Part shown: piece by piece, positions 10,298 through 18,728 of the stretch
Layout of the letters: each line of letters starts with the position of its first letter
How positions within the stretch are numbered: the stretch's first letter is position 1
From: a virus
Taxonomy: Duplodnaviria > Caudoviricetes
Length of the DNA stretch: 64,000 nt
Direction: 5' to 3' (one strand)
IMG/VR virus record: IMGVR_UViG_3300025382_000004
Location: 24,865 to 88,864 of that record
The notes under the pieces: generated by a model
Seen by the model: the letters and a program-made list of their open reading frames with translations, nothing else
What the model was told of the DNA's origin: nothing
Database searches by the model: none
Position numbers and translations under genes: made by a program

Positions 10298-10759
10298 ATG
10301 AGAAAACTACTAATAGCATTATTACTAATATCAACACCAGCAATGGCACTTGACCCTTTGCTGCCAAACCACCAACTAACACCAGGCGCAACTCTTCCTG
10401 TTACAGAGAAAGAGGTCTGCGTTCCTGGTTATGCTGGTCGTGTTAGAAATGTTCCACAGTTTGTGAAGAACAAAGCATACCAGATTTATGGTATTACATC
10501 TCGCAAACCCGGTCAGTATGAGATAGACCACCTAATCAGTTTACAGTTAGGTGGATCAAATGATCTTAGCAATCTTTGGCCACAGTCATACGTGACACTA
10601 CCGTGGAATGCCCATGTGAAAGATAAACTTGAGAATAAACTACATGCCTTGGTGTGTAGTGGTCAGATGACCTTGAAAGAAGCACAGGAGAAGATTTCAG
10701 GAGACTGGACTAAAGCTTACTGTGAAGTTTTTGGTATTACCAACTGTAATGGAGACTAA
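10298..10759 (+). CDS. signal-peptide-bearing HNH-like nuclease
   Basis: MRKLLIALLLISTPAMA signal; EIDHLISLQLGGSNDLSNLWP HNH-like core. Confidence 0.7.
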   Translation: MRKLLIALLLISTPAMALDPLLPNHQLTPGATLPVTEKEVCVPGYAGRVRNVPQFVKNKAYQIYGITSRKPGQYEIDHLISLQLGGSNDLSNLWPQSYVTLPWNAHVKDKLENKLHALVCSGQMTLKEAQEKISGDWTKAYCEVFGITNCNGD

Positions 10760-10760
10760 T

Positions 10761-11162
10761 GTGAAGAAATTACTTATCGCAATGATGCTACTAACAACAC
10801 CAGCAATGTCACAGACTGATATCACTATCAGTAAGAGACACCAGATGATGCAGGTTGATACGGACTCAGGTTCATACCAGTTTCCAGTATCAACAGCCCG
10901 TAAAGGTTATTATACACCAACAGGAACTTTTCATCCTTATTCACTACAACCAATGCACTACTCAAGGAAATATGATATGGCACCTATGCCTCACTCCATC
11001 TTTTTTAGTGGCGGTTATGCTATCCATGCTACTCCACATACTGGTGCTTTGGGGCGTCCTGCTTCTCATGGTTGCGTTCGTCTATCACCTGCTAACGCTG
11101 CGTTTCTTTATGGGATTGTGAAGAATGATAAAGAAGGTACGACGATCAGGATCACAAACTGA
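10761..11162 (+). CDS. exported L,D-transpeptidase (YkuD family)
   Basis: GTG start after GGAG; signal peptide; AIHAT...LGRPASHGCVRL catalytic motif. Confidence 0.88.
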   Translation: MKKLLIAMMLLTTPAMSQTDITISKRHQMMQVDTDSGSYQFPVSTARKGYYTPTGTFHPYSLQPMHYSRKYDMAPMPHSIFFSGGYAIHATPHTGALGRPASHGCVRLSPANAAFLYGIVKNDKEGTTIRITN

Positions 11163-11424
11163 TGAATTAAACTTGATTTTGGCCGAACAATTGCAATCGG
11201 CAAAACTAAGTTTAAAAACAATAAATAGATTTTTAAAACTTATGCCAAATGATCCATGGTTACTACAAGGTAAAAAAATAGTAGAAAAAAGAATTAGTTG
11301 GTATGAAAGTATGATAACAGAACCTTCTTACAAAAGAAAGAGGGTAATAAATATAAGAAGAACATTGACCAACATAAAATATTATGTAAGGTTCATACAC
11401 TTCTTCAGAAAGAGGAAAAACTAA
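11125..11424 (+). CDS. hypothetical basic protein (start uncertain)
   Basis: ORF fills the gap and is TAATG-coupled to the next gene. Confidence 0.45.
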   Translation: MIKKVRRSGSQTDELNLILAEQLQSAKLSLKTINRFLKLMPNDPWLLQGKKIVEKRISWYESMITEPSYKRKRVINIRRTLTNIKYYVRFIHFFRKRKN

Positions 11425-11645
11425 TGGCTTGGAATACAGGTTCTCAAATACTAGATCAGATTATAGAAAAACTGGTTGATAGCGAAGTTTCATATGATGA
11501 TCGTAAAATCGTTTATGAAATCTTGCTAGAGGTCTTTGAGGACTTTGATGCTAAGAACTTAGACGAATGTGTTGAAATGGATAAGGCCTTCGATGAGGTA
11601 TGGAACGAAAAGTATCCACCTGAGATGGAAGACGAAGAGGACTGA
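11424..11645 (+). CDS. small acidic hypothetical protein
   Basis: ORF with SD; D/E-rich. Confidence 0.65.
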   Translation: MAWNTGSQILDQIIEKLVDSEVSYDDRKIVYEILLEVFEDFDAKNLDECVEMDKAFDEVWNEKYPPEMEDEED

Positions 11646-11660
11646 CACCTACATAGGTGT

Positions 11661-12053
11661 ATGTGGTTATACAACAATACACCTTTTGAAGAAATACCCG
11701 ATGGTTATGTGGCCTTTGTTTACCTTATCACCAACGAGGTAACAGGTCGTAAGTATATCGGAAAGAAACTGTTTAAATTCACCCGCTCTACCAAACGAAA
11801 AGGTAAGCGGGTGAAAAAACAGGTTGACTCCGACTGGAAAGACTATTATGGTTCTAACAAAGAACTAAATGAGCATGTGGATCTATACGGCAAAGACAAG
11901 TTCAAACGAGAAATCCTATATCTTTGTAAGTCTAAAGGTGAGGCTTCATACCTTGAGGCCAAGGAGCAGTTTGCTAGAGACGCATTGATGACCGAAGATT
12001 ACTATAATACATGGATTATGGTACGAGTAAGGAAATCTCATATAAAGAGATGA
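11661..12053 (+). CDS. GIY-YIG nuclease, endonuclease II-like
   Basis: FVYLITN...KYIGKK...DWKDYYGS...Y.E; a different subfamily from the four paralogues. Confidence 0.75.
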   Translation: MWLYNNTPFEEIPDGYVAFVYLITNEVTGRKYIGKKLFKFTRSTKRKGKRVKKQVDSDWKDYYGSNKELNEHVDLYGKDKFKREILYLCKSKGEASYLEAKEQFARDALMTEDYYNTWIMVRVRKSHIKR

Positions 12054-12057
12054 TAAA

Positions 12058-12648
12058 ATGATCTTTGAAAATGTTTTTTGTAATTTTTTAGCCTATGAAG
12101 ATATCATTATTGATAATAATGATATTGAAAATTTTTGTTATCGAAAAATGAATGAAGATGAAAAAGGTCGTGTATTAACCAATAAAGGTGGATGGCAAAG
12201 TAATGATCTTTTTTTGCCGGTTTCGGAATTGTGTGAATTAACAAGTATTGTTACTTACAATATGAGAAAACTGGCCAAAAAAATTAATCTTAAAAATGTC
12301 CATGATTTGTATTTATCTAATTTTTGGATAAATATAAATAAAAATTCTAACTCTAATTCACCTCACACCCATCCTAATTCTGTATTAACTGCTGTATATT
12401 ATGTTAAAGTTCCTTATAAATCTGGTGATATAAGATTTTTTAGTCCTATTGAAAATAATCATGATTATTTCAAAGATTTTATGATAGAAAATTATAATGA
12501 ATATAACTCGACAACTTATACATTAAAACCATCACAAGGAAAATTAGTATTTTTTCCTTCTTGGTTGAAACACGAAGTTGAAAGCAATGAAACAAATATG
12601 GATAGAATAAGTATAGCATTTAATTCAAATTATAAGGATTTATTATGA
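12058..12648 (+). CDS. 2-oxoglutarate/Fe(II) oxygenase
   Basis: PHTH...VYYV...FPSWLKHEV...RISIAFN. Confidence 0.85.
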   Translation: MIFENVFCNFLAYEDIIIDNNDIENFCYRKMNEDEKGRVLTNKGGWQSNDLFLPVSELCELTSIVTYNMRKLAKKINLKNVHDLYLSNFWININKNSNSNSPHTHPNSVLTAVYYVKVPYKSGDIRFFSPIENNHDYFKDFMIENYNEYNSTTYTLKPSQGKLVFFPSWLKHEVESNETNMDRISIAFNSNYKDLL

Positions 12649-13259
12649 AAGAACCAGAAGATCATATACCAGCATATTGTAAATATGACTATGTTGAAAA
12701 TTTTGTTGTTACCAAAGAGTTTCTAACAAAACAAGAGTGTGATGTATTTGTAAGAGATGCAAAAGAACTTAATCTTTATGATGCGGAAGTGGAAGTAAAG
12801 AAAGGTCCTGTCAAAACATCAGATTTGGTATCGGAAGTCAGAGATAGTAAAATACATTTCATTAACTATGACAATACAAAGTTTGATTGGTTCTTTCAAA
12901 AGATCCTACAAACATTGGTGAATATTAATACAGACTATTTTGATTTTGATATTCTTGGATTTCAGGAAGACTTACAGTTTACAGAATACAATGCTCCTTG
13001 TGGCCATTATGCAGATCACACCGACAAACTCCTACAAGGCAATGTTCGAAAACTAACAATGGTTGTCCAATTAACCGATCCTGAAGAATATGAAGGTGGT
13101 GAATTGGAACTATGTTTAGGCGGTGAACCATTTGTGGTACCAAAAGAACAGGGAACATTGGTAACATTTCCATCATACAATCTACATAGAGTAAGACCGA
13201 CAACAAAAGGCACTCGCCATAGTTTGGTTGGTTGGGTAACAGGGAGACCATTTAGATGA
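12645..13259 (+). CDS. 2OG-Fe(II) oxygenase, prolyl-4-hydroxylase-like
   Basis: HTD...RKLT...EYEGGEL...HRV.P...G.R.SLVGW. Confidence 0.9.
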   Translation: MKEPEDHIPAYCKYDYVENFVVTKEFLTKQECDVFVRDAKELNLYDAEVEVKKGPVKTSDLVSEVRDSKIHFINYDNTKFDWFFQKILQTLVNINTDYFDFDILGFQEDLQFTEYNAPCGHYADHTDKLLQGNVRKLTMVVQLTDPEEYEGGELELCLGGEPFVVPKEQGTLVTFPSYNLHRVRPTTKGTRHSLVGWVTGRPFR

Positions 13260-13483
13260 ACGTTATAATGTATTCAAAAGATGACTGTGCCTTTTGTGAT
13301 AAGGCCAAAAACTTGTTAAAGATGAAGGCAATTGAGTTTATTGAGTATAAACTTGGTAAGGACTTTGACCGTGATACCCTTTTGGAACAGTTCCCAGAGG
13401 CACGAACATTTCCTGTAATAACACTTAATAAAGAATATATCGGTGGTTTTAATGAACTTGAAAAGTTGCTGAATACTAAATAA
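13256..13483 (+). CDS. nrdC: glutaredoxin
   Basis: CAFC active site; TFPVI; YIGGF.EL. Confidence 0.92.
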   Translation: MNVIMYSKDDCAFCDKAKNLLKMKAIEFIEYKLGKDFDRDTLLEQFPEARTFPVITLNKEYIGGFNELEKLLNTK

Positions 13484-13539
13484 GTGTGTAGGCCACGGAT
13501 TGGCGTCCTGCCTACTCTAATGCTTTAGGGAGCACCAGC
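13476..13539 (+). promoter_or_regulatory. late promoter CTAAATA plus two-hairpin structured leader, copy C
   Basis: GTAGGC-CAC-GGA-TTGGCG-TCC-T-GCCTAC-TCTAA, TGCTT/GAGCA, CAGC-ATG. Confidence 0.85.
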
Positions 13540-14148
13540 ATGTCTATTTATCCTACCGGTTTCTACATTTACGCCTATCTACGCAAATCCAACTTAACAC
13601 CTTACTATATTGGAAAAGGTAAAGGTGAAAGAGCGTGGAATAGCAAAAGTCATACAAAAAACAATAATGCAAGGACTCCTAAAGACAAAAGATATATTGT
13701 TATTATGGAATCCAATCTAACGGAACTTGGCGCTTTTGCTTTAGAAAGATTTTATATTCGTTGGTATGGCCGTAAAGATATCGGAACAGGTATATTGAGA
13801 AACCTGACTTATGGTGGTGATGGAGCAGAAGGTTATATTTTCACCAAGGAACAACTTGAGAAAAGAGGAAAAAATATCTCTTCGTCAAAAAAAGGAAAAC
13901 CCCTTACGAGAAAAGCATTGGAATCAAAGAAAAAATACTTTTATGAAGTTGTCTGTTCCGATGGTAATATAGTTAATACAGATAACTTACAACAGTTTTG
14001 TAGAGATAATAAACTGGATATGTCAGCCTTATCCAGAACCGTGAATAAAGAAAGAAAACAACACAAAGGATTCTATGTGAAGAAAAGACTTGACAAAAAG
14101 TATATTGGCGGTTATAATGAGTTGTATGATTTGCTACTAACTCACTAA
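13540..14148 (+). CDS. GIY-YIG homing endonuclease, copy 4; last 19 codons resemble the glutaredoxin C-terminus
   Basis: YIYAY...PYYIGKG; [13 protein letters not shown]; ends [19 protein letters not shown]. Confidence 0.9.
   Translation: MSIYPTGFYIYAYLRKSNLTPYYIGKGKGERAWNSKSHTKNNNARTPKDKRYIVIMESNLTELGAFALERFYIRWYGRKDIGTGILRNLTYGGDGAEGYIFTKEQLEKRGKNISSSKKGKPLTRKALESKKKYFYEVVCSDGNIVNTDNLQQFCRDNKLDMSALSRTVNKERKQHKGFYVKKRLDKKYIGGYNELYDLLLTH
14090..14118 (+). promoter_or_regulatory. sigma70-type promoter embedded in coding sequence
   Basis: TTGACA-17-TATAAT. Confidence 0.8.
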
Positions 14149-14157
14149 GGAACAGAA

Positions 14158-14403
14158 ATGAATATACTTCCTTTTCCTACTGTAACACCAGACATGCGTG
14201 TAGGATCTATAGCAGTTACCAAAAATAGAGATACCCGTAGGACTCGCCGAGAATTCCTAGACAAGGCTAAGGCAACCTTACCTAGAAATGATTATGAGGA
14301 ACTATTGATGGCTATTTTGGACCCGGAATACTATATGGAAGGTGATCACCTTATCCGTAGGGCCGTTGATGATTATTATGACCATGTTGAAAGTAGGAGT
14401 TGA
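14158..14403 (+). CDS. hypothetical protein
   Basis: ORF with AGGA SD. Confidence 0.65.
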   Translation: MNILPFPTVTPDMRVGSIAVTKNRDTRRTRREFLDKAKATLPRNDYEELLMAILDPEYYMEGDHLIRRAVDDYYDHVESRS

Positions 14404-14406
14404 GTT

Positions 14407-14679
14407 ATGATTGATAAATATGCTCTAAAGGAACAACTACAGAATGGTGTTGTCACCGTTGTTTTTGAGAAGACTGACGGAACGGAACGCACAATGCGTT
14501 GCACCCTTTCCGATCTATATGTTCCTCAAGTAGAACCACAGATGTTGTCAGAGTATGACGGACAGGTTCCTAAGAACACAAGGCAGATTAATGATAGTGT
14601 CCAACCTGTATGGGACATTGACGCAGGAGGTTGGCGTTCATTCCGTTTGGATTCAGTCAAACAAGTGTTAAGTGAATAA
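14407..14679 (+). CDS. conserved T4-like SH3/WYL-like beta-barrel protein
   Basis: V.F.K.DGTER.M.CTL...VWD....WRSFR motif. Confidence 0.75.
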   Translation: MIDKYALKEQLQNGVVTVVFEKTDGTERTMRCTLSDLYVPQVEPQMLSEYDGQVPKNTRQINDSVQPVWDIDAGGWRSFRLDSVKQVLSE

Positions 14680-14781
14680 ACCTCTGTTTATGGCTGTTGT
14701 CCTATCAACGGCGTTTTGGTTAGTGCTAAAGACCGTAGCATTTCTTTTATATGGTATAATCGTTCAATGAAGGATAAACAA

Positions 14782-15075
14782 ATGTCAGCAGATAATGGAA
14801 TATATGTGTTACTAACTGAGTCCGAAAAAGGTCCAGAATACCGTGTTACGAGGGCCAATGCAATTGATAACATCTATGGTGAATGGAATTCGGAAACAGG
14901 AAAATATGAAGGAAATGTTGAAGCAATCCTTGATACCTTTGCACAAGTGCCTGTTTTCTATACAATAAACGAGGCTCTTGACTTTGCTGAGGAATTAGAG
15001 CATAATACCGATCCTACTGAAGACGGAGTATGTGTTATTTCGGACTTTAAGTCATTCGGTAATATATTCGTTTGA
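14782..15075 (+). CDS. hypothetical protein
   Basis: ATG 7 nt after AAGGA; MSADNGIYVL start. Confidence 0.65.
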   Translation: MSADNGIYVLLTESEKGPEYRVTRANAIDNIYGEWNSETGKYEGNVEAILDTFAQVPVFYTINEALDFAEELEHNTDPTEDGVCVISDFKSFGNIFV

Positions 15076-15082
15076 GGAAAAC

Positions 15083-15541
15083 ATGGCGCAGATAAAAATA
15101 CACGGTACTCCTAAAAAGGTAAATAAAAAAGAAATCAAAGAGGCCGCTTCCTTTTTCTGCGACTATCTCATGAAACGCCTAAGTAAAAATGTCCTTGTGG
15201 TTATAAAACTAAAAAAGGACCTCTATAAACAAAGTAAGTGTTTTGGTTTTGCAATGTATACCGATGATGATGCAAGAAACCATAATCATAGGGAGTTTGA
15301 GATAGAGATTGATAGTGGCCTTGGCCGTGTGTTCTTACTACGAACCATAGCACATGAGTTGACACATGTGAAGCAATATGCCAGAAAAGAACTGGTTGAT
15401 GCCGATTGCAACTATCAAAAATGGAATAAAGTGTTATATAATGAGAAGGTAATCGGTTATAAAAATCTTCCTTGGGAAGCAGAGGCACGATTGCTCGAAA
15501 AGCAACTATATGAAATGTGGAAAGAAAAAAGTGGAAGATAA
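15083..15541 (+). CDS. HEXXH zinc metallopeptidase-like protein
   Basis: IAHELTHVKQY...PWEAEA. Confidence 0.8.
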   Translation: MAQIKIHGTPKKVNKKEIKEAASFFCDYLMKRLSKNVLVVIKLKKDLYKQSKCFGFAMYTDDDARNHNHREFEIEIDSGLGRVFLLRTIAHELTHVKQYARKELVDADCNYQKWNKVLYNEKVIGYKNLPWEAEARLLEKQLYEMWKEKSGR

Positions 15542-16646
15542 GGAGAAGAAAGTGAAAACTCGTCCTAAGTTTGCGGATGAAAAGTATCTTGGTTCCGAAC
15601 CTACCGTCACGGAGGATTCCACACAGGCTGAGTTGGCTGTTGCTTATAACTGGTTCAACTATTTCTATACAAGTGATGATGCTAAGGCATTCACCATATC
15701 CTACCTAAAGAGTATTAACTATGACAAAGACATTATACGAAAACTTAACCAGGTCAAATGCGTTGAACTGCACTCCATCGGATGGAACTGTCGGCTCCTC
15801 CACACCGGGTCATCCCTACCTGACGGAATCTGGCAATCTATTGAGCTGCGACTCATGGAACTTGCCAGCGAGGTCGTGGAAGTATCGGAGACTGAAGAGG
15901 ATCAACCGCAAAAGAATGTGGTCACCATACAAGACCGCATTGCTAGTCGTGCGTCGGACCTTATCGCGGAACTTGAAGAAGAACTAGATGTGTTCTACAA
16001 AGAAGGAGTAATCCAGTTTGACGTTAAGAAGTGGGCCCTTGAGAAGGCAATCAAACCGCCAGTGGCGAAGAGGATTACAGACCACTTCCGTCCACAATAC
16101 GAAGAAATCACCGAAGCACTCAAAGGCGAAGATCCAGATTTGGTGGAAGCATATAAAGGCTGGCGTAAGCCGGTTCTTAAAATCATGGCTCTTTTCATTA
16201 AGAAGATCATAGATCACCTTGATGAAGCAGCGGCAGCACAAGTCTCTATTCGTAAACCACGTAAGAAGAAAGAGAAACCAGCACATGTCTTGGTTTCGAA
16301 ACTAAAGTATAAAGTTGAAGACAAAGACCTAAATATCAAGAGTGTCCAATCTAAGGATATTATTCATGCGCAACAACTTTGGATCTACAATACTAAGTAT
16401 CGTAATCTTTCTGTGTATAATGCCTTGGGTCCTAGCGGCCTTTCGGTCAGAGGGACAACGATTATCGGATATGATCAGGACTCTTCAGTCACTAAGAAAC
16501 TCCGCAAACCAGAACAAGTAATTCCTCAAGTGTTGAACGAGGGTAAAGTTGGTTTGCGTAAAATTATGAGTGCCATTAAAACAACCGAAACAAAGGCAAA
16601 TGGCCGATGCAATGAAGAAACAATACTACTAAGGGTGATTAGATGA
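15510..16646 (+). CDS. conserved hypothetical protein (start may be GTG at 15552)
   Basis: Long ORF with phage-like codon use. Confidence 0.7.
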   Translation: MKCGKKKVEDKEKKVKTRPKFADEKYLGSEPTVTEDSTQAELAVAYNWFNYFYTSDDAKAFTISYLKSINYDKDIIRKLNQVKCVELHSIGWNCRLLHTGSSLPDGIWQSIELRLMELASEVVEVSETEEDQPQKNVVTIQDRIASRASDLIAELEEELDVFYKEGVIQFDVKKWALEKAIKPPVAKRITDHFRPQYEEITEALKGEDPDLVEAYKGWRKPVLKIMALFIKKIIDHLDEAAAAQVSIRKPRKKKEKPAHVLVSKLKYKVEDKDLNIKSVQSKDIIHAQQLWIYNTKYRNLSVYNALGPSGLSVRGTTIIGYDQDSSVTKKLRKPEQVIPQVLNEGKVGLRKIMSAIKTTETKANGRCNEETILLRVIR

Positions 16647-16849
16647 CAATACCTACAGGAGGCCTAAAATACTATAGTAACATACCGGTAGAAAAGATTG
16701 ATATGATAGATAAGTTGGCCTATCTTTACTGGTATGAGAATGTATGTAAGGATGGATGGAGTAAAGATGAGCATAGAGGTTTATACGAGAGAACCAAGAG
16801 TGAGGTAATGGAATATGGTCTCAACTATTCTAAAGACAACGGAAATTGA
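16643..16849 (+). CDS. hypothetical protein
   Basis: ATGA overlap. Confidence 0.55.
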   Translation: MTIPTGGLKYYSNIPVEKIDMIDKLAYLYWYENVCKDGWSKDEHRGLYERTKSEVMEYGLNYSKDNGN

Positions 16850-16952
16850 CCTAATTTGGTCTATGATATATCTTGGTATGTTCGTGGGTGTTATTTCTAT
16901 GCTTTTGGTACTGTATGGAACCTATCTAGATATAAAGAATAAGGACAAGTAA

Positions 16953-17354
16953 ATGACCGATAAAGTTATCGAGTTCCCAAAACACAAAGTTGTTCGTGAT
17001 GTACCAGGAGAAGTTTTAGAAGAAAGAGCAAGACGAGCCGATATGAAAATGGCAGATGCCATCGTAAGTGATATCACGGCAATGATTTTAACCGAACTTG
17101 ATAACTTTTATGTTAGTGTTGAAGATGAGTCCTTCACAAAGGATCTTGTTCTTGTTGTAGATGCCTTAAAGGCTACAGTATATCGCCAGTTTGGTTTTGA
17201 GCATCACCTCCATCCTTTCATTGAGGAAAATGTAACCATCATCTCAAAAGCAGATGCCAAAGCAATGGAAAACATGGATGAGGAACAAATCCAGAAGATG
17301 ATTGAGGATATGTTGGCATCAAAAGAAAAACTTGACAAAGAAGAGGAAGAGTGA
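16953..17354 (+). CDS. acidic hypothetical protein
   Basis: ORF with SD; VIEFP N-terminus. Confidence 0.7.
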   Translation: MTDKVIEFPKHKVVRDVPGEVLEERARRADMKMADAIVSDITAMILTELDNFYVSVEDESFTKDLVLVVDALKATVYRQFGFEHHLHPFIEENVTIISKADAKAMENMDEEQIQKMIEDMLASKEKLDKEEEE

Positions 17355-17355
17355 T

Positions 17356-17850
17356 ATGGTAGACACAATCGATCCAAATACCCTTAAAGGTAAGGATCGT
17401 CCACTATACGTAAAGAAGGTATTAATGGGCCTTGGTTGGACAGATTTCCAAGCTGCCGCAATGGTCGGTCAGTTTATGCAGGAATCCTATACAGACCTCC
17501 GAACGGACGTATGGGGTGATAAACACACCGCATATGGTATCGGTCAGTGGCGTGATAACTATGATAAGAAGACTGGTATCCATTCACCTGGCCGTCTATC
17601 CGACCTTGCTCGGTTTGCCTTAGAGTTAGGTAAACCTGTAAATGACCTTGATACACAGGCACGGTTTGTAAATTGGGAATTAAACAATACCCAGAAGAAT
17701 GTTGGTTATCTTTTGAAGAAAACCAAGAATATCGATGACGCTTTATTGATTGCTATTGGTTATGAGCATCCACGAGGTTATACTAAAGAACACCCAGAGA
17801 ACGGCGATGGTTTCGCCAACAGATGCAAGTATGCCAAATCCCTAATGTAA
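17356..17850 (+). CDS. lysozyme-fold protein (phage tail lysozyme-like)
   Basis: QAAAMVGQFMQES...AYGIGQW...Q..FV..EL pattern. Confidence 0.75.
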   Translation: MVDTIDPNTLKGKDRPLYVKKVLMGLGWTDFQAAAMVGQFMQESYTDLRTDVWGDKHTAYGIGQWRDNYDKKTGIHSPGRLSDLARFALELGKPVNDLDTQARFVNWELNNTQKNVGYLLKKTKNIDDALLIAIGYEHPRGYTKEHPENGDGFANRCKYAKSLM

Positions 17851-17859
17851 GGAAAGAAA

Positions 17860-18720
17860 ATGTCTTATATCATGGTGGATCTTAATCAGGTCCTCATTTC
17901 TAATCTGATGCAGCACCTGAAACAGATCACAAAATCACATGAGATGAATGAGGACCTTATTCGTCATATGTCTATCAATACCATCCGTTCTAATGTGAAG
18001 CAATTCAAGTCAAAGTATCCTAATGTAATCCTTTGCTGCGACTCCAAGAAGTATTGGCGCCGTGATTACTTTCCATTCTATAAGTCTCAACGTAAGCATG
18101 ACCGAGAGGCCAGTGGCCTTGATTGGCATCTTATCTTTGATACACTCAACAAGATCCGTGATGAGTTCAAGGAGAGTTTCCCTTATAAGGTGTTGGATGT
18201 TGAAGGTGCCGAGGCGGATGATATCATTGCCGTCCTTACTGCTCGTTTGTCGTCGAGCGGCAACATTCTCATTTTGTCGTCGGACAAAGACTTTGGGCAA
18301 CTCCAAAAGTATCCTAATGTAACGCAGTATTCACCTATTCTAAAGCGGTTCATTAAGATTGATAACCCGAAGACTTTCATCCGTGAACACATTCTTAAAG
18401 GTGACCGTGGTGATGGCATTCCAAACTTTCTTTCACCAGACAACACCTTTGCAGCAGGCGAACGTCAAAAGGTTATAAATAGTAAACGTCTTCAGGAATG
18501 GATTAGTCAGGATGCCGAAACTTTCTGCACTACGGATATTATGCTACGTGGTTATAAACGCAACCAAACTTTGGTTGATTTTGACTATATACCAGGAGAT
18601 ATTCAGGCAAGCATCGTTTCCGCGTTTGAGAATACCAAAGTGTCAACAAAAGAGAAAATGCTGAACTATTTTATCGATAAGGGCCTCAAAGTAATGATTG
18701 AGTCCATCAACGATTTTTGA
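17860..18720 (+). CDS. rnh: RNase H / 5'-3' flap exonuclease (T4 Rnh)
   Basis: WRRDYFPFYK, EADDIIA, SSDKDF.QL, GDRGDGIPN. Confidence 0.95.
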   Translation: MSYIMVDLNQVLISNLMQHLKQITKSHEMNEDLIRHMSINTIRSNVKQFKSKYPNVILCCDSKKYWRRDYFPFYKSQRKHDREASGLDWHLIFDTLNKIRDEFKESFPYKVLDVEGAEADDIIAVLTARLSSSGNILILSSDKDFGQLQKYPNVTQYSPILKRFIKIDNPKTFIREHILKGDRGDGIPNFLSPDNTFAAGERQKVINSKRLQEWISQDAETFCTTDIMLRGYKRNQTLVDFDYIPGDIQASIVSAFENTKVSTKEKMLNYFIDKGLKVMIESINDF

Positions 18721-18728
18721 GGAACATA

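Noticed and set aside
812-14148. Group I introns or inteins hosting the endonucleases
   Set aside because: The flanking genes are intact, no intron core elements were recognised, and nrdJ, thyX and the primase have normal lengths.
17332-17360. Promoter TTGACA-17-TATGGT
   Set aside because: The -10 box overlaps the start codon of the next gene and is weak; not supportable.
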